A DNA stretch of 64,000 bases, taken from an uncultured delta proteobacterium. GTDB taxonomy: Bacteria > Myxococcota_A > Polyangia > Fen-1088. The stretch spans positions 576,001-640,000 of the forward strand of contig CAWCMR010000025.1 of assembly GCA_963796685.1 (NCBI GenBank), written 5' to 3'. Position 1 is the first letter of the stretch; each line of letters begins with the position of its first letter. Positions 48,389 to 58,519 of the stretch are shown here, piece after piece. The notes under the pieces were generated by a model that ran no database searches, was not told the DNA's origin, and was given only the letters and a program-made list of their open reading frames with translations. A program made the translations under genes and the position numbers.

Positions 48389-49276
48389 ATGCTCATGATT
48401 TGCGTGTTTGGAGCTTCTGGAAATACGGGTCGGGCCGTTGCGACGTCCCTGCTCAAGGTTGGAAAGAAGGTTCGCGTGGTGGGCCGGCAGCGCGAGAAAC
48501 TGGCCACCTTGGCCCAGGCTGGCGCGGAAAGCTGCGTGGGCGATATCGAGAATCCTGGCTTCGTGCGCGAGGCGTTGTCAGGCGCGGAGGCCGCCTACCT
48601 TCTGATCCCGCCCAACGCGGTGACCGACGATTTTCGCGCCTACCAGAACCACTTGGCCGAGACCTTGTCGGGCGGCATCGAAGCAACCAAGGTGCGCCAC
48701 GTCGCGCTCCTCAGCAGCCAGGGCGCGCACCACAGCGCGGGAACCGGCCCCATCGTCGGCCTCCACAACTTCGAAGAGCGATTGAAGAAGATCGCCGGCC
48801 TGAACGCGCTCTTCGTGCGAGCCGGCTTCTTCATGGAGAACGTCCTCATGGGCCTGGGCACCATCAAAGCCCAGGGCATCTACTCGAGCCCCATGCCCGC
48901 GGAAGCCGCGGTGCCCATGATCGCATCGTCCGACATCGGCACCTACGCGGGTTCGCGGCTCGGCCGCCTGGACTTCAACGGCACCAGCGTCGTGCACCTC
49001 GTTGGTCCGAAGGCCATCAGCCAGACCGAGCTCGTGGCCACCCTGGGACGAGCCGTCGGCAAGCCGATTCGCTACGTGCAGGCTTCCTTGGCCGACGTGG
49101 AGCAGGGAATGAAGCAGGCCGGCCTCAAGCCATCCGTGGTTTCGGTGTACCTGGAAATGTACCAGGGCGCAGGCAAGGGCCTCGTCGCACCGGAAGAAGG
49201 AGGCGTGGTGCTGCCCATGGCGACCACGTTCGAAACCTTCGCCAAGCAGGTGTTCGCGCCCGCCTATCGCGCATAA
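48389..49276 (+). CDS. NmrA-family NAD(P)-binding protein
   Basis: VFGASGNTG, LLSSQGA, RAGFFMEN, MIASSDIG. Confidence 0.9.
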   Translation: MLMICVFGASGNTGRAVATSLLKVGKKVRVVGRQREKLATLAQAGAESCVGDIENPGFVREALSGAEAAYLLIPPNAVTDDFRAYQNHLAETLSGGIEATKVRHVALLSSQGAHHSAGTGPIVGLHNFEERLKKIAGLNALFVRAGFFMENVLMGLGTIKAQGIYSSPMPAEAAVPMIASSDIGTYAGSRLGRLDFNGTSVVHLVGPKAISQTELVATLGRAVGKPIRYVQASLADVEQGMKQAGLKPSVVSVYLEMYQGAGKGLVAPEEGGVVLPMATTFETFAKQVFAPAYRA

Positions 49277-49288
49277 CCACGCGAGGGT

Positions 49289-50227
49289 TCACCCGCGCAG
49301 CTTGGTCACCATGGCAACAAACTCGGGCGGCGGCGGCGCGCTGAAGCGCAGCCGCTCGCCCGTGACCGGGTGATCGAACCCGAGGGTCGCCGCGTGCAGC
49401 AGCAGACGGTCCGAGGGAATGGGCTTTCCATTGCGGCGCAGGAGATCGCGGATGTAGACGGACTCGCCCACCAGGGGATGGCCCTGTTCGGACAAGTGGA
49501 TGCGGATCTGATGCGTGCGGCCGGTCCGCAGGCGTACCCGGCACAGCGTGGCGCCGCGCAGGCTCTCGATGACCTCGACATCGGTGATGGCGTGCTGGCC
49601 GTCGCCGAAACGCTTGGAGCTGCCGCGCAGCCCGTCGCCGCGGTTCTCGATCAGGCGCGATTCGATGCGGCCGGCCCGCACCTGCCCTTGCGCCACCGCG
49701 GTGTACTCGCGCTCGGCCAAGTGCTCCTTGAAGATCTTGTGCAGGCCACGCTCGGCCAATTTGGTCTTGGCAAAACAAACCAAGCCCGAGGTGTCCTTGT
49801 CGATTCTGTGAACGGTGTAGAGCGGCGTGGCCGTGGCGCGCCTGCCCTGTCTGCGCCAGGCTTCACGGACGAGGTCGAGGGCGCTGCCGCTTTCCTTGCG
49901 CTCGTAGGGCACGGTGGACACGCCCTCGGGCTTCTCGATCACGATGAGGTGCCCGTCCTCGAAGACGATGCGAAAGCCCGGGCGCTCCACGCGCCGCCGC
50001 GGATCGGGCCTGCCCATGTTCCAGGCCACGTTTTCGCCCCCGGCCAAGCGGTGGGCGGGCTCGATCACGCGTTCGCCGTCCACCGTCACCTTCCCCGACG
50101 CGCACAGCTCGCGCACCTGCCGCCAGCTGTGGTCCGGCAGGTGCTCGCGCAAGGCTGCGGCGAGGGTGATGGCCGGGGACGCCTTGAATTCGCCTTGACC
50201 GCAGGGCGCGCGCGTAGCGGGTGTCAT
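49289..50227 (-). CDS. RluA-family pseudouridine synthase with S4 domain
   Basis: VIEKPEG, VHRIDKDTSG, TGRTHQIRIH, HPLVGE..Y, LLHAATLGF.HP. Confidence 0.92.
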   Translation of the reverse strand: MTPATRAPCGQGEFKASPAITLAAALREHLPDHSWRQVRELCASGKVTVDGERVIEPAHRLAGGENVAWNMGRPDPRRRVERPGFRIVFEDGHLIVIEKPEGVSTVPYERKESGSALDLVREAWRRQGRRATATPLYTVHRIDKDTSGLVCFAKTKLAERGLHKIFKEHLAEREYTAVAQGQVRAGRIESRLIENRGDGLRGSSKRFGDGQHAITDVEVIESLRGATLCRVRLRTGRTHQIRIHLSEQGHPLVGESVYIRDLLRRNGKPIPSDRLLLHAATLGFDHPVTGERLRFSAPPPPEFVAMVTKLRG

Positions 50228-50444
50228 TCCTTCATTCCGTCGTTCAAGCTGCCATTTCTGCCACTCGGGCTGCCGATTGGCCAGCAGGCTTCCAGTCGCG
50301 TGGGCAGCCCGCCAGCTTTGCTGGCGGCGTACCATCGCGGGAAGGTATGGAAACCCTCTCAGTACCGCCGCCGGGCCGATGGCCCGGACCCTTCGGTCAT
50401 GAAACGTGACAGCCCCTCACCCGCCTCGCTGCGCTCGGCGACCT

Positions 50445-52519
50445 GTCGAGTAGCCAGGGGAGGTTACCCTCCCCCAGCTCTCACAGAACCGGACTTGTGG
50501 GCCTCACATCCGGCTCTTCGGGACGCTGGCGTTCGGGAGCGACCCGTAGTCCAGCGCCGGCATTGCTGCCCGCAGCTATCCTGGCTCCAGGGCCGGGTCC
50601 ATGAAGTCCAAGGCGTGATGGTCCTTCCACCGCTCGGCCAGGCTGACAAGCCCGCGTTCGGCAAAATATGCGTTGCGCAGTCCTCGTTCAACTACCGATG
50701 TGTGGCTCAGCGCCCACCAGGAGCGATGCCCCTTGTAGACCCCTTGCCACGCGGTTTTCGGTCTCACCCCCAGGCTGATGAGGTGTCGTGCGATGAAGCG
50801 TCTGCGTTTCCAGTGCCGTAGCACTATCGCTCGCAGCCGCCGCCTGATGTGTGCGTCGAGTGCCTGCAGCGTCCGCTCTTCCGCGGCCGTGCAGATACAG
50901 AAGAAGCCGATCCATCCGAGCAAATACGCGTTGACCTGTTTGATGCAGCCCTTGAGGGACTGCCCAAGGTTTCGCGGCGTCAGCTCTCGGACCTTCTCGT
51001 CAATGCGGCTTTTGCTCCGCGCCGACGGCAGCACCTCCGCTTCCCCCGTCAGCGGCTCGCGCCGCAGCCGGAATCCCAGAAAGTGCCGCTCTTCCGGTCG
51101 GGCCACCGCGCTCTTGGCCAAGTTCACCTTCAACCGCATCCGGCCTTCGATGAACTTGACCACGCTGGCCATCACACGCTGACCCGAGCGCTCGCTTCCG
51201 ACGTAGATGTTGCAGTCGTCCGCATAGCGCACGAAGCGGTGACCGCGTTGGGCAAGCTCGCGGTCGAGCTCGTCCAGCACGATATTGCTCAGTAACGGCG
51301 AAAGCGGACCACCTTGTGGCACTCCTTCTTCCGTCGCCACCACCACTCCGTCGGGCATCACCACCTTGGCTTTCAGCATCTGCCAGATGAGCTCGATGAG
51401 CCGCCGGTCCTTAACCCTCTGTTCTAGCCGCGCCACCAGCCGTTGCCAGTGGACCCGGTCAAAGAACTTTTCCAGGTCGAGGTCGACCACCCATTCGTAC
51501 CCTTCCTCCAGATACTGCTTGGCCTCGGCGATGGCCGTGTGACAGCTGCGCCCAGGTCGGAAACCGTGGCTCGACGGGTGAAACGTCGGCTCATAATGCG
51601 GACCGAGCACTTGGTGCACGGCCTGCTGAACCACGCGGTCCACCACGTTCGGTATGCCAAGGCCCCGCCGCCCGCCACCGCTCTTCGGTATCCATACCCG
51701 CCGGATGTCTCCGACTCGGTATGTCCCGTCGAGCAGCGACCGCGACAGCGCCGGTATCAGCGTCCCCAACCCCTTCGCCACTTCCCCCACGCTTTGCCGG
51801 TCCGGTCCAGGTGCGCCTTTGTTGGCCTTCACTTGCTCGAACGCTCTTTTCAGGTTTCCTTCGCTCGCTACCTCCTCCATCGTCATGGGCGGCAAGGTCC
51901 TCTCTTCCTCGTTCCCCGACTTCGGCACCTCGCTCCGCGCAGGCACGGGTTGGCCCGGATCCGCTTGGGCGGTGGTCCCTTTCGGGTTGTCGGCTGTCTC
52001 GGGAAACAGTCCGAGCTGCCTTGCCTCTTTGCTGGCCGTGGTCGCCTTCCCTCCCCGCCTTCTGGCGGTTGGAACCGGCTTTCGCCGGCCTTCCGGTATT
52101 ACGCGACCATCCGACTCCTCTTGTCCCTTCTTCATCTCGTCCTTTCGTTCTCGATGAATTCCGCTTGCGATTCCTCGCCGCGGAGGCCAAGAGGTCTCTC
52201 CGGGTAAGAACGCAGAACTTCGCACCGACTCCGTCGCCACTACGCGGGCCGCCCGACGAATATTGGGCTTTGCCGCCGAAGGCCAGCTTGCCCAGCGGTA
52301 CCCACGCCTTACGGCGCTTCACTTTCGTTCGGTTCGGCGCTGCACCATAGACTTCCACCAGACACCTCCTCGCGGGAGACGGGCCTTGCGGCCCGTCTGG
52401 CCTGGTGCTCCAGACCGGCGCCCTTGTCTCGTAGGTGGGAGGTTCCCTCCGTCAGGGTCCCCAGAGGACTTGGCTATTTCATGGCTTCACCTCTTGTTCT
52501 GCGTCCATGCCGGACGCAC
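50445..52519 (-). mobile_element. Group II intron, class IIC-like, full length
   Basis: 5' GTGCGTCCGGCATGGACGCAG at 52519; short domain V GAGCCGGATGTGAGGCCCACAAGTCCGGTTC; domain VI and 3' end CTACTCGAC at 50445. The flanks rejoin to rebuild the REP element. Confidence 0.92.
50576..52135 (-). CDS. ltrA: Group II intron reverse transcriptase/maturase (no endonuclease domain)
   Basis: NKGAPGPD, RGLGIPNVVDR, SHGFRPGRS, DLDLEKFFD, GVPQGGPLSPLLSNI, RYADD, FLGF, GWIGFF, RGLVSL. Start uncertain (52135 or 51886). Confidence 0.95.
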   Translation of the reverse strand: MKKGQEESDGRVIPEGRRKPVPTARRRGGKATTASKEARQLGLFPETADNPKGTTAQADPGQPVPARSEVPKSGNEEERTLPPMTMEEVASEGNLKRAFEQVKANKGAPGPDRQSVGEVAKGLGTLIPALSRSLLDGTYRVGDIRRVWIPKSGGGRRGLGIPNVVDRVVQQAVHQVLGPHYEPTFHPSSHGFRPGRSCHTAIAEAKQYLEEGYEWVVDLDLEKFFDRVHWQRLVARLEQRVKDRRLIELIWQMLKAKVVMPDGVVVATEEGVPQGGPLSPLLSNIVLDELDRELAQRGHRFVRYADDCNIYVGSERSGQRVMASVVKFIEGRMRLKVNLAKSAVARPEERHFLGFRLRREPLTGEAEVLPSARSKSRIDEKVRELTPRNLGQSLKGCIKQVNAYLLGWIGFFCICTAAEERTLQALDAHIRRRLRAIVLRHWKRRRFIARHLISLGVRPKTAWQGVYKGHRSWWALSHTSVVERGLRNAYFAERGLVSLAERWKDHHALDFMDPALEPG

Positions 52520-52600
52520 CTCCCCGCTTCGCTTCGCTACGCGGGGCGAGGTTTTTCAGGTCAGGGTTTCCATATCGGTGATCTGGTATAGACAAACGTC

Positions 52601-52951
52601 ATGGACACCGCCCCATCGCTTGTCGACGAGCTTCGCGCATTCGTTGCCGAGCGCGACTGGAGTCAGTTCCACGATCCCAAGAACCTGGCCATGCTGCTGG
52701 CCTCGGAGGCCGGCGAGCTTCTGGCCGAATACCGCTGGGTGCGAAACGACCAGGCCGACGCCTTCTCGCACGAACCCGAGGCCCGCCAGCGCATCGCCAA
52801 CGAGATTGGCGACGTCGGCATCGCGCTCATGCTGCTCTGTGACCGCACCGGGATCGATCTGCGGGCGGCCATGCGCGACAAGCTGGCGAGAAATCGAATT
52901 CGCTACCCCGTGGAACAGTCGAGGGGCCGGGCCACCCGGCCGGTGGGCTGA
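52601..52951 (+). CDS. MazG-like nucleotide pyrophosphohydrolase
   Basis: FVAERDWSQFHDPKNLA..EAGEL, EIGDV, KLARN..RYP. Confidence 0.9.
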   Translation: MDTAPSLVDELRAFVAERDWSQFHDPKNLAMLLASEAGELLAEYRWVRNDQADAFSHEPEARQRIANEIGDVGIALMLLCDRTGIDLRAAMRDKLARNRIRYPVEQSRGRATRPVG

Positions 52952-53036
52952 GCGCTGCGAGCGGTCATCCTGCCACGAACCTGGCACCCTTCTTGAAGAC
53001 TAGGAGTATGCTTCCATCAACCGCAAGGAGTTACAA

Positions 53037-53957
53037 ATGAGGTCATCCGCGATGACTCCCAGATTCCGCGTCTTTTCCTTCATGACTCTAGCCGGGGCAT
53101 CTGTGCTGGTTTTTCACAGTGCCGCCTTTGCGCAACAGGCGGAGCCGGCAGCCAAGGACGCCAGCACGACCAAGCCCGAGGCGACCAAGGCCGAGGCGAC
53201 CAAGGCCGAGGCGACCAAGCCGGAAGCGGCGGCTGAAGCCGGAACCAAGCAACAGCCGGCCCAGGAATTGCCGCCCGAGTACGGCCCACCGCCCGGCTAT
53301 CGCCACGGACCGCCAGCGCCGCCGCCGCCGCCACCCGGATACGGTCCCTACTACCATGAGTACTATGGACAGCCCGGATACCCACCGCCGCCACCACCCC
53401 GCTACTACCGATCGCGCTACTACCAGCCCGCGCCCCCGATGCGCTATTACCAGGAGCCTGAAACGTATCGGCCGTTCTTCTTCGGTTTCGGCCTGGGCGT
53501 CGGTGGGGTCGGCATCATCTTCAACGACACCAGCCAGAACAGCAATGCCTCCCGCGCGGGCCTCGGCTACAACCTGCGCTTCGGCTTCGGGGTTTCGCCC
53601 CGCTGGTCGATCCTCCTGTCCGCGGACGGCGCGCAAGCCTATTTCTACGGTTCCAGCGTGACCGAGACTGCGTGGACCATCGGGCCGCAAGTGTTCATCA
53701 CGCGCCAGCTTTACGCCCGAGCCGGCGTGGGTGCCGCGACCTACTCGGAAGATGCCGGCAACTGCGATAGCTACGGCAACTGCTATGACGGCAGCGCAAG
53801 CGATTCGGGCATGGCCGGCACCGCGGCCATCGGGTTCGAATTCATGCAGCACTACCACACCGCGCTGGCTCTGGAGGCCGCGGGCACCATCGGCTATTTC
53901 CCCAACAAAGATAAAGTGAGCACCTTCGGATTAAACTTCGTGCTCAATCTGTTCTAG
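53037..53957 (+). CDS. Secreted Pro/Tyr-rich protein with outer-membrane beta-barrel-like C-terminus
   Basis: Signal peptide AFA-Q, EATK repeats, PPPGY tracts, alternating beta strands ending in F. Confidence 0.7.
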   Translation: MRSSAMTPRFRVFSFMTLAGASVLVFHSAAFAQQAEPAAKDASTTKPEATKAEATKAEATKPEAAAEAGTKQQPAQELPPEYGPPPGYRHGPPAPPPPPPGYGPYYHEYYGQPGYPPPPPPRYYRSRYYQPAPPMRYYQEPETYRPFFFGFGLGVGGVGIIFNDTSQNSNASRAGLGYNLRFGFGVSPRWSILLSADGAQAYFYGSSVTETAWTIGPQVFITRQLYARAGVGAATYSEDAGNCDSYGNCYDGSASDSGMAGTAAIGFEFMQHYHTALALEAAGTIGYFPNKDKVSTFGLNFVLNLF

Positions 53958-53966
53958 TGTTGAGGG

Positions 53967-55345
53967 GTGGCGCACAGACTGGTCCCTCGGTTCCCTCCAA
54001 ACCTGGAAGCCTCCTTGCGTCACCTCCCAGGACGACGCCTAGCGTGCCCGTTTCTGCTGGGTGTCGTCCTTTTATTCGACGGCTGCATGGGACATGTGCC
54101 ACAGCCGCCCGTGCCCGAGGGCTGCGGGTCGGACAAGGACTGCAAGCTCGACCGCGTGTGCGAAGCCAACCGCTGCGTGTGGCCGCGGCGACCCGCCGAG
54201 GTGACGACGAAGCCCGCACGCCCGGCGGCCCCGGTCGGGGCGGCACAGGAAGCCAGGCCAACCGGCCCGCCCGCGCAAGGCATGTTCCGCTTCGATCCGC
54301 GCCATCGCGGCCGATCGCCCTTCCTGTTGCCCAAACAGAAACCCGACATTCTCTGGACCCTGGAGACCCCCGCGCCCGTGACCTCGTCTCCGACGGTCTT
54401 CGCCGATGGCCGTGTGCTGGTGGGCAGTCACAGCGGCATGGTCGTCGCGCTGGGAGGCGAGGGCAAGCCCGCCTGGACCTTCTTGGCCGCCGATTCTCGT
54501 GTGGAGCACGCCCGCCATCGCCGCCGACGGCACCGTGTACGTCGGCTCGGACGACGACAACCTGTACGCCCTGGAGGGCAAGACCGGCAAGCTCTTGTGG
54601 AAGTACCGCGTGGGCGCTTGCCAGCAGACCATCGGCATCGGCCCTGAAGCCACCCGCTGCGACGTGGACGCGGGCCCGACTATCGGCCCCGACGGCGCCC
54701 TGTACACCGGCGGCGATGGCATCTACGCCATCAACCCGAACGGAAGTCTACGCTGGCGCTTCGCCACGGGTGGCCACGTGGCAAGCACGCCCGCCCTGGC
54801 CGCCGATGGAACCGTGTACGCTGGCAGCCAGGACAACAGCATTTATGCCATCAATCCGGACGGCCGGCGGCAGTGGGAGTTCCGCGCGCGCGACGACGTG
54901 GATTCGACCCCGGCTATCGAGGAGGACGGCACGATCTACATCGGCTCCGACGATAACCGCCTCTACGCCCTGAGCCCGCAAGGACAGGCTGCTGTGGGCC
55001 TTCACCACCGGCGACGACGTGCGCGCCTCGCCCGCCATCGGGCGCGACGGCACCGTGTATATCGGATCCTACGACGGCCTGCTATACGCGATTCGCCGCG
55101 ACGGCACCCTCTTGTGGGCCTTCCGCACCGGCGATCGAATCCAGTCCTCGGCGCTCGTCGATGGCAACGGCGCCATCCTGGTCGGCTCGCAAGACGACCG
55201 CCTGTACGCCATCGAGCCCGACGGCAAATTGCGTTGGTCGATCGAGCTTGGCGGCGACGTGGACAGCTCGCCCATCATCGCCCCGGATGGCACCATCTAC
55301 GTCGGCTGCGACGACGGCAAGCTGTACGCCCTGCGTGGCAAGTAA
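53967..55345 (+). CDS. PQQ-like beta-propeller repeat lipoprotein (frameshifts near 54495 and 54988)
   Basis: Repeats S[ST]PA..DGT[VI]Y.GS.D..LYA[LI]..G...W across ORFs 53967, 54406 and 55019. Start uncertain. Confidence 0.8.
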
Positions 55346-55356
55346 ACCGAGCGGAT

Positions 55357-56676
55357 TCAGGCGGCGCGCAGGCGTTCCAGCACCGCAGGGTGCGCGCGCA
55401 CGTCGAAGATGACCGCGTCCTCTTGGTAGCGCTCGCCCAGCACCTCGCAGGACGCGAAGATCTCGCCGCGCAGGTGCTGCCTATCGTAGGGCACGCGCAG
55501 CTCGCCCACGATCAGCTCTCGGCCGAAGAAGGCCATCAGGCGTTCGCGCAGGCGCGCCACGTCCTCGGGACGGCGCGCCGACATGGCAAAGGCGTCCGGC
55601 CAGCGCCCGAGCAGCTTCTCGATCGCCGCGGCCTCACTGGGCGCGTCGCCCACACGGTCCATCTTGTTGAAGACAACCAGGCGCGGAATGTCGCCGGCGC
55701 CGATGTCGGCCAGGACCTCACGCGTGACCTCCAGCTGGCGTTCGAACGCCGGATCCGAGGCATCCACCACGTGCACCAGAAGCCCCGCCTCCAGGGCTTC
55801 ATCGAGCGTGCTCTTGAACGAAGCCACCAGGCCGTGCGGCAGCTTGTCGATGAAGCCCACGGTGTCGGAAACCAGGATGCGCGGAAGTGATTCGGGCACC
55901 AGCGTCCGCACCGTGGTGTCGAGCGTCGCGAACAGCTTGTCGGCGACGTACACCTCGCTGCCGGTCAGGGCGCGCATCAGCGTGGATTTTCCGGCGTTGG
56001 TGTACCCCACCAAGGCCACGCGGTTCATGTCGCCGCGTCGGGCTCGCTGCGTGGCTTGCTCCGCCGCCATGGACGAGAGCTCGCCCGTCAGCTCGGCGAT
56101 GCGATCGCGAATCTTGCGCCGATCCAGCTCCAAGCCGGACTCGCCCGCGCCTTTGCCGCCGATGCCACCGCGCTGGCGATCCTTGCCCGCGCCGGTTTCG
56201 CGCATGCGCGGCGCCATGTACTGCAGGCGGACGATTTCGACCTGGGCCTTGGCCACGCGCGAGCGGGCATGGCGGCGGAAGATCTCAAGAATCACGGCCG
56301 TGCGATCCATGACCTCGGCGCCGGTCGCTTTTTCCAGGTTGCGCGCCTGGGAAGGACTGATGTCGTGATCGACCAGCACGACCTTGATGGGCCCGGCATC
56401 GTCGGGCGCGCGCGTCGCCTCGGCTGATTCCTCGTCCGTCGCCACGCCGGTGAGTGCCTGCAGCTCTTGGAGCTTGCCGCTGCCGATCACCGTGCCGGGG
56501 TGAAACGAGGTTCGCCGCTGCGTGAGGGTGGCCGCGACCGCGAGCCCGAGCGTGTGCGCAAGCCGGTGCAGCTCGGCCAGCGAGGCCGCGAAGGCCACAT
56601 CGTCCACGCCTTGCACCTGCACCGCGAGCAAGACCGCGCGCAGCGGCTCGGATTCCCGTTCGGACTGATACGACAT
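55357..56676 (-). CDS. hflX: GTPase HflX
   Basis: DRTAVILEIF..HA, GAGES.LELDRR, LVGYTNAGKST, LFATLDTT, DTVGFI, NKMD. Confidence 0.95.
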   Translation of the reverse strand: MSYQSERESEPLRAVLLAVQVQGVDDVAFAASLAELHRLAHTLGLAVAATLTQRRTSFHPGTVIGSGKLQELQALTGVATDEESAEATRAPDDAGPIKVVLVDHDISPSQARNLEKATGAEVMDRTAVILEIFRRHARSRVAKAQVEIVRLQYMAPRMRETGAGKDRQRGGIGGKGAGESGLELDRRKIRDRIAELTGELSSMAAEQATQRARRGDMNRVALVGYTNAGKSTLMRALTGSEVYVADKLFATLDTTVRTLVPESLPRILVSDTVGFIDKLPHGLVASFKSTLDEALEAGLLVHVVDASDPAFERQLEVTREVLADIGAGDIPRLVVFNKMDRVGDAPSEAAAIEKLLGRWPDAFAMSARRPEDVARLRERLMAFFGRELIVGELRVPYDRQHLRGEIFASCEVLGERYQEDAVIFDVRAHPAVLERLRAA

Positions 56677-56764
56677 AGGCCGCGTAGTATAGGCGACCCT
56701 GACACCTTCGCCCGACCTACTTGCACGGGCCGGTCGCTGGCGACCCGGTCGAGTGGCGGGTCGT

Positions 56765-58264
56765 CTACAGCAGCTGCCCGCGAACCCAGGTCAGCAGATC
56801 GGCGCTGCCCGGGGTGGGCGCCACCGTGCTCGGCAGGTAACGCAACATCCAATGCATGGTCCACACCAGCGTGCCGCCCGCGGGGATTGACTGGTAGAGC
56901 CCCTGCTGCTCGAACTCCTCATAGGTGTTGCTTTGGTCGACGTAGATCTCGACCTCTCGCTCGGTCGGGTTCACGGTTTCATCGGACACGGGGGTGTCGG
57001 TCCACTGCTTGATCAAGATCGGGCTCTTCGCGCCCGAGGCGCAGGTCTTCTTCAGCCCGGTCCCACACACGATGTGCGCCGCCCAGCCTTCCAGACCGTC
57101 GGCGCCGCCCTTCACGTTCGAGGTGTAGCTCGCGGCATTGTCATTGAACCAGACCGCGCCCTGCGACGTGGTGACGGGGAGGATGCTGAAGCTGGCGTCG
57201 CCTTGCTTGATCCAATCATCCCCGTTGGGGAAGAACGAGAGCCCGCCGGGATAGACGCGCGTGATCTCCCAGGGCGCGTTCGACACCGGGGTCGAGTTGG
57301 TGTTGTGGATGGTGTACTCGAGGGTAATCGCTTGGTTGTCGACGTTGCCCCAGTAGCGTTTGGAAATGGAGATTTTGTCGGTCGACCCGACCGGCCCGGT
57401 CATGGTCAGGATGTTGTCTTTCGAGCTCGGCGTGTACGCCGTGCCATCCGCCATCTCGGTCGGCGGCGGCCAATGCCCGCTCGTGTACCAGTCACTCTGC
57501 GGGCTGGTCCAGAACACGGAGCCGTTGCTGGCCGAGTTCTTGACGACGATATCCGTGCCGTCGATGGTGAGGGAGGAGACCATGCCGGTCGAGGAGGCGT
57601 CCACCGCCAAGACCACCGTACCGAGGGTGATGGTCCACATGTTCGACCCGTTGTTGTTGGTCACGGTGGCGGTCGCGGCGAAGGGATCGGCGCACTTGCC
57701 CGAGGCGCAGCTCCCGCCGCGACAATCGCCGTCCACCTTGCAGCTTTGTCCCGCGCCGCACTTCGGGCAGGTCGAGCCGCCACAGTCGTTGTCGGTTTCA
57801 TCGCCGTTCGTCGTGTTGTCCGTGCAACTGATGCCACCACCGACCTCGCCGCCCGAGTCATCGTTCGACGTGACCGTGTCGCCGCCACCGTCTTGATCGC
57901 CCGGGTTGCCGCCGGTCCCACCATCGCGGGGCGAGGTCCCGCCTGTGCCACCGCCCGTCGCCGCGCCACCCGTCCCGCCACTGCCGTCGCCGCCCGTGCC
58001 CGCGGAGCCGCCAGCAGCGCCGCCGGTGGCCCCGGAAGTCCCGCCGACCGCCGTCGCGGATGTGCCCCCGCCGCCGCCGCTCGCGCTCGAGCCACCGCCG
58101 CTGCCACCGCTCGCCTTCGTCGCGCCGCCGGTCCCGCCACCCTGACTGCTGCCACCCGCGCCGCCGCTGCCCGACGGTGGCGGGCTGGAAGACGATGTGC
58201 ATCCGAGCGGCAACACCGACAAGATCAGGAACGCGAACGATAGACGAAGGCTGGTCCTCTGCAT
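56765..58264 (-). CDS. Lipoprotein with Gly linker, Cys-rich repeat and DUF4380-like beta-sandwich domain
   Basis: Lipobox PLGC; CTDNTTNGDETDNDCGGSTCPKC; GSVFWTSPQSDW, APWEITRV, EVEIY..YEEFEQQG. Confidence 0.7.
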   Translation of the reverse strand: MQRTSLRLSFAFLILSVLPLGCTSSSSPPPSGSGGAGGSSQGGGTGGATKASGGSGGGSSASGGGGGTSATAVGGTSGATGGAAGGSAGTGGDGSGGTGGAATGGGTGGTSPRDGGTGGNPGDQDGGGDTVTSNDDSGGEVGGGISCTDNTTNGDETDNDCGGSTCPKCGAGQSCKVDGDCRGGSCASGKCADPFAATATVTNNNGSNMWTITLGTVVLAVDASSTGMVSSLTIDGTDIVVKNSASNGSVFWTSPQSDWYTSGHWPPPTEMADGTAYTPSSKDNILTMTGPVGSTDKISISKRYWGNVDNQAITLEYTIHNTNSTPVSNAPWEITRVYPGGLSFFPNGDDWIKQGDASFSILPVTTSQGAVWFNDNAASYTSNVKGGADGLEGWAAHIVCGTGLKKTCASGAKSPILIKQWTDTPVSDETVNPTEREVEIYVDQSNTYEEFEQQGLYQSIPAGGTLVWTMHWMLRYLPSTVAPTPGSADLLTWVRGQLL

Positions 58265-58280
58265 GGCGAGCTCCAAGAGT

Positions 58281-58320
58281 CGTTGAGCCCCGTTGAGCCC
58301 CGTTGAGCCCCGTTGAGCCC
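58281..58320. repeat. 10-bp tandem repeat x4
   Basis: (CGTTGAGCCC)4, perfect, in the 5' region of the lipoprotein gene. Confidence 0.95.
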
Positions 58321-58519
58321 GTGCAGTATACCGCGCACCCGGACATACCGGACGTTTCTTTTCCCCAGGTGCCGGAGCGGGCGGCACCCTTCAGCTTCGG
58401 GCCGGCCGCGGAACAACGAGATCCCGACCGGGCGGCGAACCCGCGCGAGGCAAGGGTGGCCTTTATCGTCGCAGCGCCGGTAGCGGAGTCGCCGAGGACG
58501 TGTATGATCGCGAAAACTT

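Noticed and set aside
50576-52135. RT as retron, DGR or defence RT
   Set aside because: Maturase X domain, GUGCG 5' end, domain V/VI and a precise exon junction identify a group II intron.
58281-58320. Possible CRISPR array
   Set aside because: 10-bp units with no spacers, and no cas genes in the window.
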